Shown here piece after piece: positions 1-8,668 of a DNA stretch of 64,000 nt. Location: contig CBDFIQ010000001.1 in assembly GCA_965248195.1 (NCBI GenBank), forward strand, positions 384,001 to 448,000. The letters run 5' to 3'. The translations under genes were made by a program, and so were the position numbers. Positions within the stretch are counted from its first letter, which is position 1. The number at the start of each line of letters is the position of its first letter. This DNA is from Longimicrobiales bacterium. GTDB lineage: Bacteria; Gemmatimonadota; Gemmatimonadetes; Longimicrobiales; Gaopeijiaceae. Under the pieces are notes generated by a model. It was given only the letters and a program-made list of their open reading frames with translations, was not told the origin of the DNA and did no database searches.

Positions 1-27
1 GGATCTTTTCGCGGATCGTGTCGGCCA

Positions 28-324
28 TCAGGAGCTATCCCCCAACCAGAGCCGTGTCTCGAGGCCGTCGTTCTCGGACCGGTGATCGGTAATCACGTAC
101 GTCGTGCCATCAACGACTATGGTCTCGTCGCGATCGATGCCCGAAAGGATCCCGGTAGCGATGAGCACGGTGCGCGACTGTCCCACCGTCACGAGCTGAC
201 CCTCCAACTCCATCACCTCGTCCATAAATTTTTCCGCACCCCACGTCTCGACACCGCCGAACACGACCGGGTCGCCGCCGCGTTTCAGCGCCGCCTCGAT
301 CTGAGCCTTTGTGTGGACGGCCAT
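28..324 (-). CDS. Phage head-tail joining protein (gpFII-like)
   Basis: 98 aa downstream of the capsid gene; C-terminal 'DETIVVDGTTYVITDHRSENDGLETRLWL' pattern typical of head-closure proteins. Confidence 0.65.
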   Translation of the reverse strand: MAVHTKAQIEAALKRGGDPVVFGGVETWGAEKFMDEVMELEGQLVTVGQSRTVLIATGILSGIDRDETIVVDGTTYVITDHRSENDGLETRLWLGDSS

Positions 325-330
325 CGCGCG

Positions 331-471
331 TCAACTCTCCTCGACGAAGAGCTTCACGGTCAGGTCGTCCGTCGCCACGGAGTTACTCGGCCCGCCGGCG
401 TAGTCGGCCGCCGCGTCCCCCGCCGCGTAAATCGAGGTCGAGATAGTCGGCGTGACCTCGATGACCTTCAT
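331..471 (-). CDS. Small phage hypothetical protein (46 aa, possibly internally deleted)
   Basis: Not in the ORF track; reads MKVIEVTPTISTSIYAAGD...KLFVEES*; start overlaps the upstream stop and it fills the gap in the operon. Confidence 0.5.
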   Translation of the reverse strand: MKVIEVTPTISTSIYAAGDAAADYAGGPSNSVATDDLTVKLFVEES

Positions 472-692
472 CACTCAGCTCCAACCTTGGGTGCCGCCTT
501 CTTGGTGCCCTTCGTTTTCGCCGGCGCGGTGGCGCCCTGTCCGTCGTAGACCTGGGCCCGGTTGCTGAACAGCAGCGACCGACCGAAGACCGCACCTACC
601 GTCTGCTTCGAGCGAGCAGGCAGCGCTTCGCCGTCTTCGCCACGCACGCGCGCAAGCATCCAGACCTCCATGGTCTCTTCATCCTTTGCCAC
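471..692 (-). CDS. Phage hypothetical protein following the major capsid gene
   Basis: GTG start with GAGGTGG RBS; Lys/Ala-rich tail; operon position. Confidence 0.6.
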   Translation of the reverse strand: MAKDEETMEVWMLARVRGEDGEALPARSKQTVGAVFGRSLLFSNRAQVYDGQGATAPAKTKGTKKAAPKVGAE

Positions 693-788
693 GATTCCAC
701 CTCGCAGGTTTATGGACTCGCCCGCAGCGGGGAAGGACCCGGGAGGCCCTTCCCCAACTGCTCTCCGAGTAATCACGTTTCCCGGTGA

Positions 789-3344
789 TTACGAGACGTC
801 CGCGTCCTGAACGGCCGAGAATGCCGCCGGATGCCGTACGGCGATTCCGGCCATCTGGAACGAAGTCAACTCTATCACGCCCTGCTTCTTCAGCCGGTAC
901 GGATCGACCACGAGCTCGTAGGCGCCCCAGTAGCCGACCATGAGCTGAGACCACACGCCGAAGTAGACCGCATGCAGGTTCGTCCCCGTGCCCTTGATCA
1001 GGGTCGAGGGCACCTGCGTCGAGACGTGAGCCGGGTAGCCGTTGACCTCGCCTTCCATGCCGCCCGTCCACACCGGACGCCCGTTCGAGGTGACGAACTC
1101 CTCGGTTTTCTTGAGCTTGCCCCGCACGCCCGGCGTCGTCAGGTACGCCATCGATCCGATGTCGGCGTTGGCCGTGGCCACATCGGTTTCGAGATCGACC
1201 ATGTGCGCGTACGTCGGAGCTCCACCGTTCGTGCCGATCGCCACATCCCCGATCCCCGTCGTCTGCCGCACACCGGTCGGTTGGTTGCTGGCGCCCGATC
1301 CGTTGATCGCCGCCAAGTCGATTCCGAGCGCAGTGATCAGCGCAAGGTCATTCTTGACCAGCATGTCGATGTCGATCACGCCTTCGTTCAAGAGCTGCCG
1401 GCTGTAGGCCGTGCTGCTCTGACCGGTCTTAGGGTTCAACGCGACCTGGGTGAAGGTCATATCGCTGTCGGCCACGTCGGAGCCCGGATCTTCCGCGACC
1501 CAGGTAAACGTGCCGGCCGCGTTCTGCTTCGGGAATGCGACCGGACCGCGCAGTCCGGTGAGGATCGTCGCCCCGAGCTGTGCGACCTTCATGCGCGCCC
1601 GCAGAAGATCGATGAAGTCACCGGCCTCGGTGAACACGATGTCTGCCCCCGCGGCCGCTGTGCCCGTATCGAGGGCGGCCTGCATGTCGTGGATCTGGCC
1701 CATCAGCCGCTCGCGCGTGGCGAACGGGAGGTTGCGGTCTCCATCGACCGCTGCCCTCATCCGCATCAGCCCCACGTTGCTGACCGGAACACGATCGGCC
1801 ACGACCGCCGGCCGCCGGACCGGGAAAAAGATCCCACCGTGGTCCTTGTAACCCTTCGGCAGGTCTTTCGCGATCTGGTCCGACACCTCGCGCTCGAACC
1901 CATCCCAGTGATCGCCCTTGTCGGCGACGCTCATGATCGCTCGTGTGATCATATACCGCTTGCTCTCCGCCTGCGTGAGCTCGAGGCCGGGCGACGTGAG
2001 AACCTTCAACGTTGCCTCGGTCTCCGCACGCAGGATCTCCGCCGCCTGCTCGGCCGTCACACCGGTCTTCAGAAATCCCTCGATCCGATTGCCGACATTG
2101 TGCTCTTTGCAGAGCGCGATCAGTCCGTCGACCCTGTCCTGCTCGACCGCACGATCCTCTTTCGCTCGAACCTCCAGCGGCGTCAGCGTTGCGACTCCGC
2201 CATCTCCGGCCCCGGCTTGGGCCGCCGCGTCTCCTGGCTTCACGGTTTCCTCCTGGCCGCTTGGGGCCGTTGGATCCGGGGTAGTTGAGTCTTCGGCCGA
2301 CGCGTCCCCGTCCGCATCGTCAGTCTTCGGTTTTCCGATCATGTCCAGCACAATTGCCTCGCGTGCCTCTTCCGCTAGCACAGCGAGATCACCGAGTGAG
2401 AGCACAGGAGCGTCGGGAGCGGGCAGGATCCCCGAATGGATTCCTGTGGCCGCGATGTCGACTCCGTCGTCCGCCTCCGCACGTGACCCGCGTAGCGCAC
2501 TCGACTCGACGCCGAGCTCGCCCAGCACCTCCTCGAGCGTCCCGAGTCGGTCCACCATGCCAGCGTCGAGAGCTTGCGTCGCCGTGAGCACCGCGCCCTC
2601 GCCGTACCCGTTCCGCACACGCTTCTCGTCGACGCCCCGGGCTCGTGCGACCGCTTCAACGAACATGCCGTAGAACTCGTCGACTCGGCCTTGCATATGC
2701 TTCTCGGCAGCCTCGGAGAGAGGCTCGTGCGGGTTGCCCTCGGCCTTGTATTTGCCAGCCTTCACGATCGTGCGGGTGATGCCGGCCTCGGCCTCGGCCT
2801 TCGAGACCTCGGTGTGCATCGCGAGGACCCCGATCGCGCCGGCCAAACCCGACGGCGTGATCACGATCTCGTCCGCATTGACTGCCACCCAATAGGCGGC
2901 GGAAGCGATCACGCCATCCACCGCGGCGATGATCCTCTTCTTGCCGCGCGCCTCGAAGATGCGAGTCGAGAGCTCCTCGACGCCTTGCACGCTGCCCCCT
3001 GGAGAATCGACGTGGATCACGATCGCGCCGATGTCATCGTTCGCCATCGCTTCGTCGAAGGAGTCTCCGAATCCCTCAAGCGATGTGCCGCCCGAGAAGC
3101 GCGTCATTGAGTCCATGCGAGGAGCGAGCACCCCAAAGAGCGGGAGCACCGCGATGCTTCCCCCGGTCGGCTTGATGTGGTCATGGCGCCGCGCAGTGAT
3201 GTCTTGCATCTCTTCATCGCTGATCTCGCCGCCCTCGAGCCGGAGGTTCAGGATATCGATGATTTCCTGCGCTTTGCCCGACTCGATCGCCCACGGCACC
3301 CCGCTGATGAAGCTGAGGACGCGTCTCGGCTCAATGATTCGCAT
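789..3344 (-). CDS. S49 (SppA-type) prohead protease fused to scaffold region and HK97-fold major capsid protein
   Basis: N-terminal 'VDSPGGSV', 'ASAAYW', 'AGKYKAEGNP' S49 motifs; C-terminal capsid motifs 'WVAED', 'GSGASNQPTG', 'VNGYPAHVS', 'FGVWSQ', 'VRHPAAF'; GGAGG RBS before ATG at 3344. Confidence 0.92.
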   Translation of the reverse strand: MRIIEPRRVLSFISGVPWAIESGKAQEIIDILNLRLEGGEISDEEMQDITARRHDHIKPTGGSIAVLPLFGVLAPRMDSMTRFSGGTSLEGFGDSFDEAMANDDIGAIVIHVDSPGGSVQGVEELSTRIFEARGKKRIIAAVDGVIASAAYWVAVNADEIVITPSGLAGAIGVLAMHTEVSKAEAEAGITRTIVKAGKYKAEGNPHEPLSEAAEKHMQGRVDEFYGMFVEAVARARGVDEKRVRNGYGEGAVLTATQALDAGMVDRLGTLEEVLGELGVESSALRGSRAEADDGVDIAATGIHSGILPAPDAPVLSLGDLAVLAEEAREAIVLDMIGKPKTDDADGDASAEDSTTPDPTAPSGQEETVKPGDAAAQAGAGDGGVATLTPLEVRAKEDRAVEQDRVDGLIALCKEHNVGNRIEGFLKTGVTAEQAAEILRAETEATLKVLTSPGLELTQAESKRYMITRAIMSVADKGDHWDGFEREVSDQIAKDLPKGYKDHGGIFFPVRRPAVVADRVPVSNVGLMRMRAAVDGDRNLPFATRERLMGQIHDMQAALDTGTAAAGADIVFTEAGDFIDLLRARMKVAQLGATILTGLRGPVAFPKQNAAGTFTWVAEDPGSDVADSDMTFTQVALNPKTGQSSTAYSRQLLNEGVIDIDMLVKNDLALITALGIDLAAINGSGASNQPTGVRQTTGIGDVAIGTNGGAPTYAHMVDLETDVATANADIGSMAYLTTPGVRGKLKKTEEFVTSNGRPVWTGGMEGEVNGYPAHVSTQVPSTLIKGTGTNLHAVYFGVWSQLMVGYWGAYELVVDPYRLKKQGVIELTSFQMAGIAVRHPAAFSAVQDADVS

Positions 3345-4896
3345 CAGGTGGTCCTCCAGTGAGTAGGGCCGCGATGCGTGACCCATGTCCGTTGAGTTGC
3401 CCTGAAGCCTCGACGAGGGTGTCCTCGTCGGCCGCCAGGAGAGCCGTCACAAGGGCGTCCTCGCTGTTAGAGGCCCCGATCGCGACGCCCTTACGCCGTG
3501 CGAGCTCCTGCTCGCGAGCCAACTGGTCGAGCACGTCGGTAAAGTCCCGGCCCTGCTCCGCAGCGAGGCGAGTGCGCGAGTCTAGCCCGAGTTCGAGGGC
3601 GAGCTCCGCCGCCTTGATGTCTTTGAGCGGATCGATGTTCGGGAAGCCGCGGCCCTGCCAGTCGTGCCGCTCGAGAGCTGCTCGATCGCGCATAGGCAGG
3701 TCGATCGCGCCCATGGTGAGCGCCCACTTCAGCCACCATCGGAAGACTGGAGCGTGAACATGCGTGTAGGTCCGACGCTGGAGCCGCCGGTAGATGTCGC
3801 GCTCTTGGAGCGAACCGTGGCGGATCGAGCTGAAGTTCACGTCACGGAGATCACCAGTCAGGCTGTGGTACGAGGTTTTCAGGCCCGCGGCGATCGTGTG
3901 CAGGATGATTTTGTTGAATTCCCCGAACGCCCCGTTCGGGTGCGTCGGGTCGAAGAAATTGGCCTTCAGCCCTGGAGGCAGCACGTCGAATACGCCGGGC
4001 TCCATGTCCCACGTGAAATCCTTGGCGGCGTCGGGTGAGTCCGGGTCCGGCACTGCGCTCGCGTCGTCATACTCGAAGACACCGCTCTTCGAGGCCGCAA
4101 TCCGTGAGGCGATGAGCTCCGCCTCCTGTAGAGCGGACAACATCTGCGCGTTCATGATGATCGGAGCGAACCACGAGACCCCGCGAGTCTGTCCTGGCCG
4201 ACGAATCTGGTAGCGGTGGATGATCTGCTCCGCGGGGATGCGTACGCGCTGACGCCGAAAACTTCCCTGGAAGTCAAACGGATGCGCGTCCCACATCCAG
4301 TATGCGACGGGCCGAGCCCACTTGTCCGTCTCGACGCCCATGCGGATCTCGTTCGTACCCTTGCCCGCGGGCCTATTGAACTCCTCGTCGAGTTGGTCGG
4401 CGTCGAGAAGCTGGACGGCGAAACCGAAGTCGTTCCGGAAGCCGGGCAACATGCGCAGGATCCCCTCGCCGTCCATCGCCTCGGTCTGCAGCACGACCTC
4501 CGAGATCCCCTGCCACGACAACCGCCCATCCGCCGAGGAGGATCTCGGATCACCCCAACGACGCCACGCCTCTTCGATCTTCTTAGCCGCGCCCTCATCG
4601 AGTTCGCCGTCGAAACCGAGCGGCTGAGACTGAAGCCGAATCCCGTGCGGGCCGATGATGTTGTCGGCGAGCAGATCGACGAAGCGGGAGCAATGCGCCG
4701 TATTCCGGGCCATCTCGCGAGCTCGCTTCCGGAGCGTGCGAAGGTCGCCACGCACCTCTGCGTCCGCGCTCCGGATCGAGGCGAGGATCCAGTCTTCGGT
4801 GAGACGATTCTGCACCGCGCCGCGGAAGGATGTCCCCTTCGGGTGAGCCCGTGCACCGCGCATCCGCCGAGATGCCTCGCGCAGCGGGTTACCCAT
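3331..4896 (-). CDS. Phage portal protein, lambda family
   Basis: 'RARE.ARN', 'GVETDKWARPVAYW', 'RPGQTRGVSWFAP', 'LTGDLRDVNFSSIRHG', 'IDPLKD' motifs. Confidence 0.95.
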   Translation of the reverse strand: MGNPLREASRRMRGARAHPKGTSFRGAVQNRLTEDWILASIRSADAEVRGDLRTLRKRAREMARNTAHCSRFVDLLADNIIGPHGIRLQSQPLGFDGELDEGAAKKIEEAWRRWGDPRSSSADGRLSWQGISEVVLQTEAMDGEGILRMLPGFRNDFGFAVQLLDADQLDEEFNRPAGKGTNEIRMGVETDKWARPVAYWMWDAHPFDFQGSFRRQRVRIPAEQIIHRYQIRRPGQTRGVSWFAPIIMNAQMLSALQEAELIASRIAASKSGVFEYDDASAVPDPDSPDAAKDFTWDMEPGVFDVLPPGLKANFFDPTHPNGAFGEFNKIILHTIAAGLKTSYHSLTGDLRDVNFSSIRHGSLQERDIYRRLQRRTYTHVHAPVFRWWLKWALTMGAIDLPMRDRAALERHDWQGRGFPNIDPLKDIKAAELALELGLDSRTRLAAEQGRDFTDVLDQLAREQELARRKGVAIGASNSEDALVTALLAADEDTLVEASGQLNGHGSRIAALLTGGPPDANH

Positions 4897-5152
4897 CGTC
4901 GGTCTTCGACTTGCTCAGGTCGTAAAGCCCCGCGCTCATCACGTTAAACATCCAGCGCCAGCCGGTGAGCGAGAGGAGTAGAACGCCGCCCGAGAATATC
5001 CAGGCCTCGACGCTCGTAAGGCGCGCGATGCCCCATGTGACCAGCGCCCAGCCGCCGAGCAGCGTGACCGATACCGTGATCTCGGCCGCCACGGAACGGA
5101 CCGCGCGTAAAGCCTCACGAAACCGCACCGAAGACCACCTTCCGCCTTTCAT
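4889..5152 (-). CDS. Small membrane protein upstream of portal
   Basis: Two hydrophobic segments; overlaps the portal start; start codon uncertain. Confidence 0.55.
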   Translation of the reverse strand: MKGGRWSSVRFREALRAVRSVAAEITVSVTLLGGWALVTWGIARLTSVEAWIFSGGVLLLSLTGWRWMFNVMSAGLYDLSKSKTDDG

Positions 5153-5366
5153 GGCCTTGTCTCCGTGTGGCCTGGATCCTAGCCCATATTATCCCCCGCT
5201 CCTGACGGTACTCCGGCAGACGCTCGGACTCGAAGCGCCGATCGCCGACCTCCGTCACCCTGAAGGGGTCCGACTGGATTGCTTGGATCGCCTTGGTGAG
5301 CTGGGCGGCTTCCATCTCGTCGAGCGTGAGGCCATCGACAACGCTGGCGTCAGTCAGGTCGGGCAA
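5115..5366 (-). CDS. gpW-like head completion protein
   Basis: 83 aa before the portal gene; helix followed by 'RVTEVGDRRFE' hairpin and a basic tail. Confidence 0.6.
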   Translation of the reverse strand: MPDLTDASVVDGLTLDEMEAAQLTKAIQAIQSDPFRVTEVGDRRFESERLPEYRQERGIIWARIQATRRQGHERRKVVFGAVS

Positions 5367-5439
5367 AATACCGTCCCTTGTGTGGTACTATGGATTCATC
5401 CACTAGGAACAGTATGTGCAACGCTCGCCCTGCGTAATT

Positions 5440-5484
5440 GGCGTTTTCGCCATGGGCGTTTCCGCCATGGGCGTTTTCGCCAGG
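5440..5484. promoter_or_regulatory. Three tandem 15-bp units, each a GGCG-N4-CGCC palindrome (putative operator array)
   Basis: GGCGTTTTCGCCATG / GGCGTTTCCGCCATG / GGCGTTTTCGCCAGG, read directly. Confidence 0.7.
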
Positions 5485-5739
5485 TTAGGCTGCGTCTGTG
5501 AAGAGGTCGGGGCTCGAGTGGTAGAGCTCGTTGAGCGCCTTCTGTGGAGGGAGTTCGCTATCCAGCATGTCCCGAATGCGCTCGGCGTAATGACGGACGG
5601 TGCGAGGCGAAATCGTCTCGTCGTTGTGGTGACGATGTTTCAGTTGCGCCGCGGCCTTGGTGTACGACAAATGATCCCGGCCCACGAGCATAACGACCTC
5701 CCGCTCTCGTAGTGTGAACCGAGTCTCTTGCTTCGCCAT
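5485..5739 (-). CDS. LuxR/GerE-type helix-turn-helix protein
   Basis: 'FTLREREVVMLV...SYTKAAAQL...ISPRTVRHYAERIRDML'; GAGGA RBS before ATG at 5739. Confidence 0.8.
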   Translation of the reverse strand: MAKQETRFTLREREVVMLVGRDHLSYTKAAAQLKHRHHNDETISPRTVRHYAERIRDMLDSELPPQKALNELYHSSPDLFTDAA

Positions 5740-5744
5740 GGTCC

Positions 5745-6020
5745 TCAGGCGCCGCTTGCGTGCGCGGGGATCTGATGACCGAAACATTCGATGTCCTCCT
5801 TGTAGCGCTCTCCGATCTCGCGCTGGCGATGAAGGAACGCATAGATTGAGACCGTGCGGTCCCACGGGTCTCTCACGAACGTGAAAACCTGGAGAGCCGC
5901 TCCGCGTCGGCTCCGGAGCTCGGCCAGCGTGAGGTGGATCTCGTGCATCGAAAGCCCGAGCGCGGCCCGCACGGCCTGGCCGCCGGTACGGGGGACGTGA
6001 GCGAACACGGCTGGTCTCAT
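5745..6020 (-). CDS. Short or truncated sulfotransferase-family protein
   Basis: PAPS-binding-like motifs 'FAHVPRTGGQAV' and 'FTFVRDPWDRTVSIY'; ATGA overlap with the terminase stop; only about 91 aa. Confidence 0.65.
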   Translation of the reverse strand: MRPAVFAHVPRTGGQAVRAALGLSMHEIHLTLAELRSRRGAALQVFTFVRDPWDRTVSIYAFLHRQREIGERYKEDIECFGHQIPAHASGA

Positions 6021-7912
6021 TTCTTCCATCCCGTAGCCCAGTTCTTTTTACGAGGGGGCGCTGGACGTGCGGGCTTCTCCTCGGCCTCCTCCTCGACGGG
6101 CTCCCGAAGTTTGTCCGCCATCGTGCCGAGCCGCTTCACCAGCGGGTCGCCGAGCGAGTAGAGCGCTGCGAGCGCGTAGACCTCGAGGTCGATGGCCTCG
6201 TTGCGGTCGCGGTTCTGCACGAAAGCGTATACGAACTTCCTACCCTGGCGGACTTTCTTGCGGGTCTCAGCACCGAATTGGGCGAAATACTCCGCGTCCG
6301 CGCCCGTCTTCGTCGGCCCACAAAAGTGCATGTAGCCGGGTCCGCCGGGCTCCTCGCGGGAAGCGGTCAGAGCGAGCCGGCGGAAGATGATCGTCTTGAA
6401 GCTGTGCGTGTTGATCGTCCACGGCTTCACGCGAGACCGATTCGGGCGCTTCAAGCGCTGGAGCGCCTCTCGCACCCGGGCGTCCGCACCCTTCGACGCG
6501 TAGATCCCACGGCCTTCCTTGCCACGGATGAACCGGAACACGCGATCCTGCAAATAACCGGAGTCGATCATCGTCGCGCGAATCCGGAGATCCCGGCCGG
6601 ACTCGTGACGGTACGTCTTCGTGAGCATGTACTCGAGTTCCTGCCAGACCTCGTCCTGCTCCGGATCGCCATGCAGACGTTCGTGCGTGATCAGCCACGA
6701 CTCTTCGCGGTCGCCCCAGCCTTTGACAGCGACCTCGAGCCGGTCGTCCTGGACGTCGACGGACGCGGTGAGCACACCGACGCCGTTCGGTATCTCGGCC
6801 GGGTATTTCTGTGCGGTACTGGCGAGGTCGCCAGGCTCGAACGTCTGGTCTCGTTCCTCCCACGGCTCGCCGAGCTGCAGGTTGATGAACGTCTTCAACT
6901 CCTCGGGGCTGCGCTTCTTCTCGAGCCATAGCGCCGCGAGCTCCGGCCACGTCACCCATGGGGAGTAGAGCGCCGAAATGTGGAAGCCGGGGAAGCGGCC
7001 CTCCGGATTCGTGGCACGCCACTCACCCCCCTCGAGCATCCGGCGCTTTTCGATTTCCTCGATGATCGAGCCGCACTCCCCGCAGACGTACACCGCCGTC
7101 TCGGGCCGATAGACCGTCTCGCCGTCTACCTCCGCACTCTCCCATTTCACGCTCTTCCACACGAGCACCTGGTGCTGATCGCAGTGCGGGCACGGCACGA
7201 AGTACCTGCGCATATCCGACGCGAGCCATTCCGGCCAGATACGGCTCGTCTCCAGATCGCCCGGTGAGGAGACCAGCAAGACCTTGCGGTTCCAGAAGTT
7301 GCGAGTGCGCTGGATGCCGAGGCTCAACGGGTCGCCCTCCGTGCCGGCCGAAGCCGGGTAGCGGTCGATCTCGTCGCCAAGGAAATCGCGGATCGGATCC
7401 GACGACAGATCGGCCGCCGAGTTCGCGCCTACGATCGTCAGGAGGCCTCCCGGGTAAGTCTTCTGGAGCGTCGTGTTGCCCGAGTCACGGGTCCTCGCGT
7501 CCGCCACCTTACCGCGCAGTGCCTTCGAGTCGCGGAGCATCGGAGCCAGCCGCGTCTTGCTCCATCCCTGCGCCTTCTTGAGCGTCGGCTGTACCACCAT
7601 CGCCGGGCATGGGTCCTTGTGGATCCGTGATCCCAAGTAGTTCATCACCACTTCGGTCTTCCCGACCTGAGACGCGGAAGCCCACACCACCTTACGCACC
7701 AAGGGATCGCCGAGCGTGTCCATGATTTCGCGGAGGTACGGCACACGACTCGTGCGCCATGGCCCCGGCTCAGGACACGACTCGGGCGAGAGGACGCGGT
7801 AGCGGTCCGCCCATTCGGAGACCGTCATGCGGACCGGCGGCTGGAGACGGGCACGTATCTCTTCCGCGCCGACCGCATGGGCCCGGGCGCGGGAGTCCGC
7901 GACCACGCTCAC
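6017..7912 (-). CDS. terL: Terminase large subunit, lambda GpA family
   Basis: Walker A 'ASQVGKTE', Walker B 'FLGDEIDRYP', 'VPCPHC', 'VDVQDDRLE', 'IDSG', 'RNEAIDLEVYA'. Confidence 0.97.
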   Translation of the reverse strand: MSVVADSRARAHAVGAEEIRARLQPPVRMTVSEWADRYRVLSPESCPEPGPWRTSRVPYLREIMDTLGDPLVRKVVWASASQVGKTEVVMNYLGSRIHKDPCPAMVVQPTLKKAQGWSKTRLAPMLRDSKALRGKVADARTRDSGNTTLQKTYPGGLLTIVGANSAADLSSDPIRDFLGDEIDRYPASAGTEGDPLSLGIQRTRNFWNRKVLLVSSPGDLETSRIWPEWLASDMRRYFVPCPHCDQHQVLVWKSVKWESAEVDGETVYRPETAVYVCGECGSIIEEIEKRRMLEGGEWRATNPEGRFPGFHISALYSPWVTWPELAALWLEKKRSPEELKTFINLQLGEPWEERDQTFEPGDLASTAQKYPAEIPNGVGVLTASVDVQDDRLEVAVKGWGDREESWLITHERLHGDPEQDEVWQELEYMLTKTYRHESGRDLRIRATMIDSGYLQDRVFRFIRGKEGRGIYASKGADARVREALQRLKRPNRSRVKPWTINTHSFKTIIFRRLALTASREEPGGPGYMHFCGPTKTGADAEYFAQFGAETRKKVRQGRKFVYAFVQNRDRNEAIDLEVYALAALYSLGDPLVKRLGTMADKLREPVEEEAEEKPARPAPPRKKNWATGWKK

Positions 7913-8553
7913 GCGGCAGGCTCCATCTCGTCCACGATGCGCTTGGCCAGCTTCGGCCCGATGCCCTTGATCCGGGTCACATCCCCAAGCGCGCGGAGCT
8001 GGGCGAAGGTCTCCACCCCCGCAGCGACAAGCGCCCGATACCCTGGAAAGTCCTCCGGGAGGGGATCGGCCGCAGCTTCGCCTTCCAGTTCGAGCGAATC
8101 AGCGACGCTCGCCATATCCCTGAGCAACCCCTCGCTGCACACCCGCATCGCTTCCGTCCCTTCCGCCGGCGTCGGGATGCCGACAACCTGCGGGCCCCAC
8201 GATCCGGGCACAGACAACAGTGCCGCACGGAACGCGTCGGCTACCTTGCCCACGACGGTGCGATGGTCAGCGATGGCGATGAGTTCGCCCTCCGCCTTCG
8301 CCACCTCGATTCGACGACGCCGCACTTCGAGCTCCGCCTGCTCGAGCTTGGCCCGGCCCAGCGCTGAATCGGACGGGCGAACACGCTCACGCTCGCGCTC
8401 TACGTACCAGGCGACCGCTTCGCGCAGATCGTAGAGGCGTGTGCCCCGCCGACCCGGCTTCGATGGCAAACCCAGGTCGTCGAAGTTTCGTATTTGGCGG
8501 CCCGTAAGGCTCAACACCTCGGCCAACTCCTTCTGTGTGACCTCAAGGGTCAT
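7909..8553 (-). CDS. terS: Terminase small subunit (Nu1-like) with C-terminal helix-hairpin-helix extension
   Basis: N-terminal wHTH 'VTQKELAEVLSLTGRQIRNF...GLP...YDLREAVAWY', coiled coil, C-terminal 'IKGIGPKLAKRI'. Confidence 0.88.
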   Translation of the reverse strand: MTLEVTQKELAEVLSLTGRQIRNFDDLGLPSKPGRRGTRLYDLREAVAWYVERERERVRPSDSALGRAKLEQAELEVRRRRIEVAKAEGELIAIADHRTVVGKVADAFRAALLSVPGSWGPQVVGIPTPAEGTEAMRVCSEGLLRDMASVADSLELEGEAAADPLPEDFPGYRALVAAGVETFAQLRALGDVTRIKGIGPKLAKRIVDEMEPAA

Positions 8554-8554
8554 A

Positions 8555-8643
8555 GGAAACGGAAATCAGTTTTTTCAACCCCCGTCGCTAGCGAAATTCG
8601 GCTCTCTTGCGTGACCCGTCGGGGGAAGTGACGAGAAGGACCC
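8555..8643 (-). other. Lambda-like cos packaging region (cosQ / cosN-like / cosB-like)
   Basis: Minus strand reads GGGTCCT (8637-8643)...CCGACGGGTCACG...TTTCGCTA...TTTCCGTTTCC directly upstream of terS, paralleling lambda cos. Confidence 0.65.
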
Positions 8644-8668
8644 GCGACGATCTAACCGGCAGTCCCGC

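Noticed and set aside
831..2673. Long antisense and alternate-frame ORFs over the capsid gene and elsewhere (e.g. 26479-27609, 34990-36486, 43820-44902)
   Set aside because: Shadow ORFs expected in high-GC coding DNA; no motifs, and they overlap well-supported genes
2272..7626. Avoidance of GGATCC in the prophage as support for BamHI specificity
   Set aside because: GGATCC occurs at 2272, 5174, 7621 and elsewhere, so no avoidance is evident; specificity remains unknown
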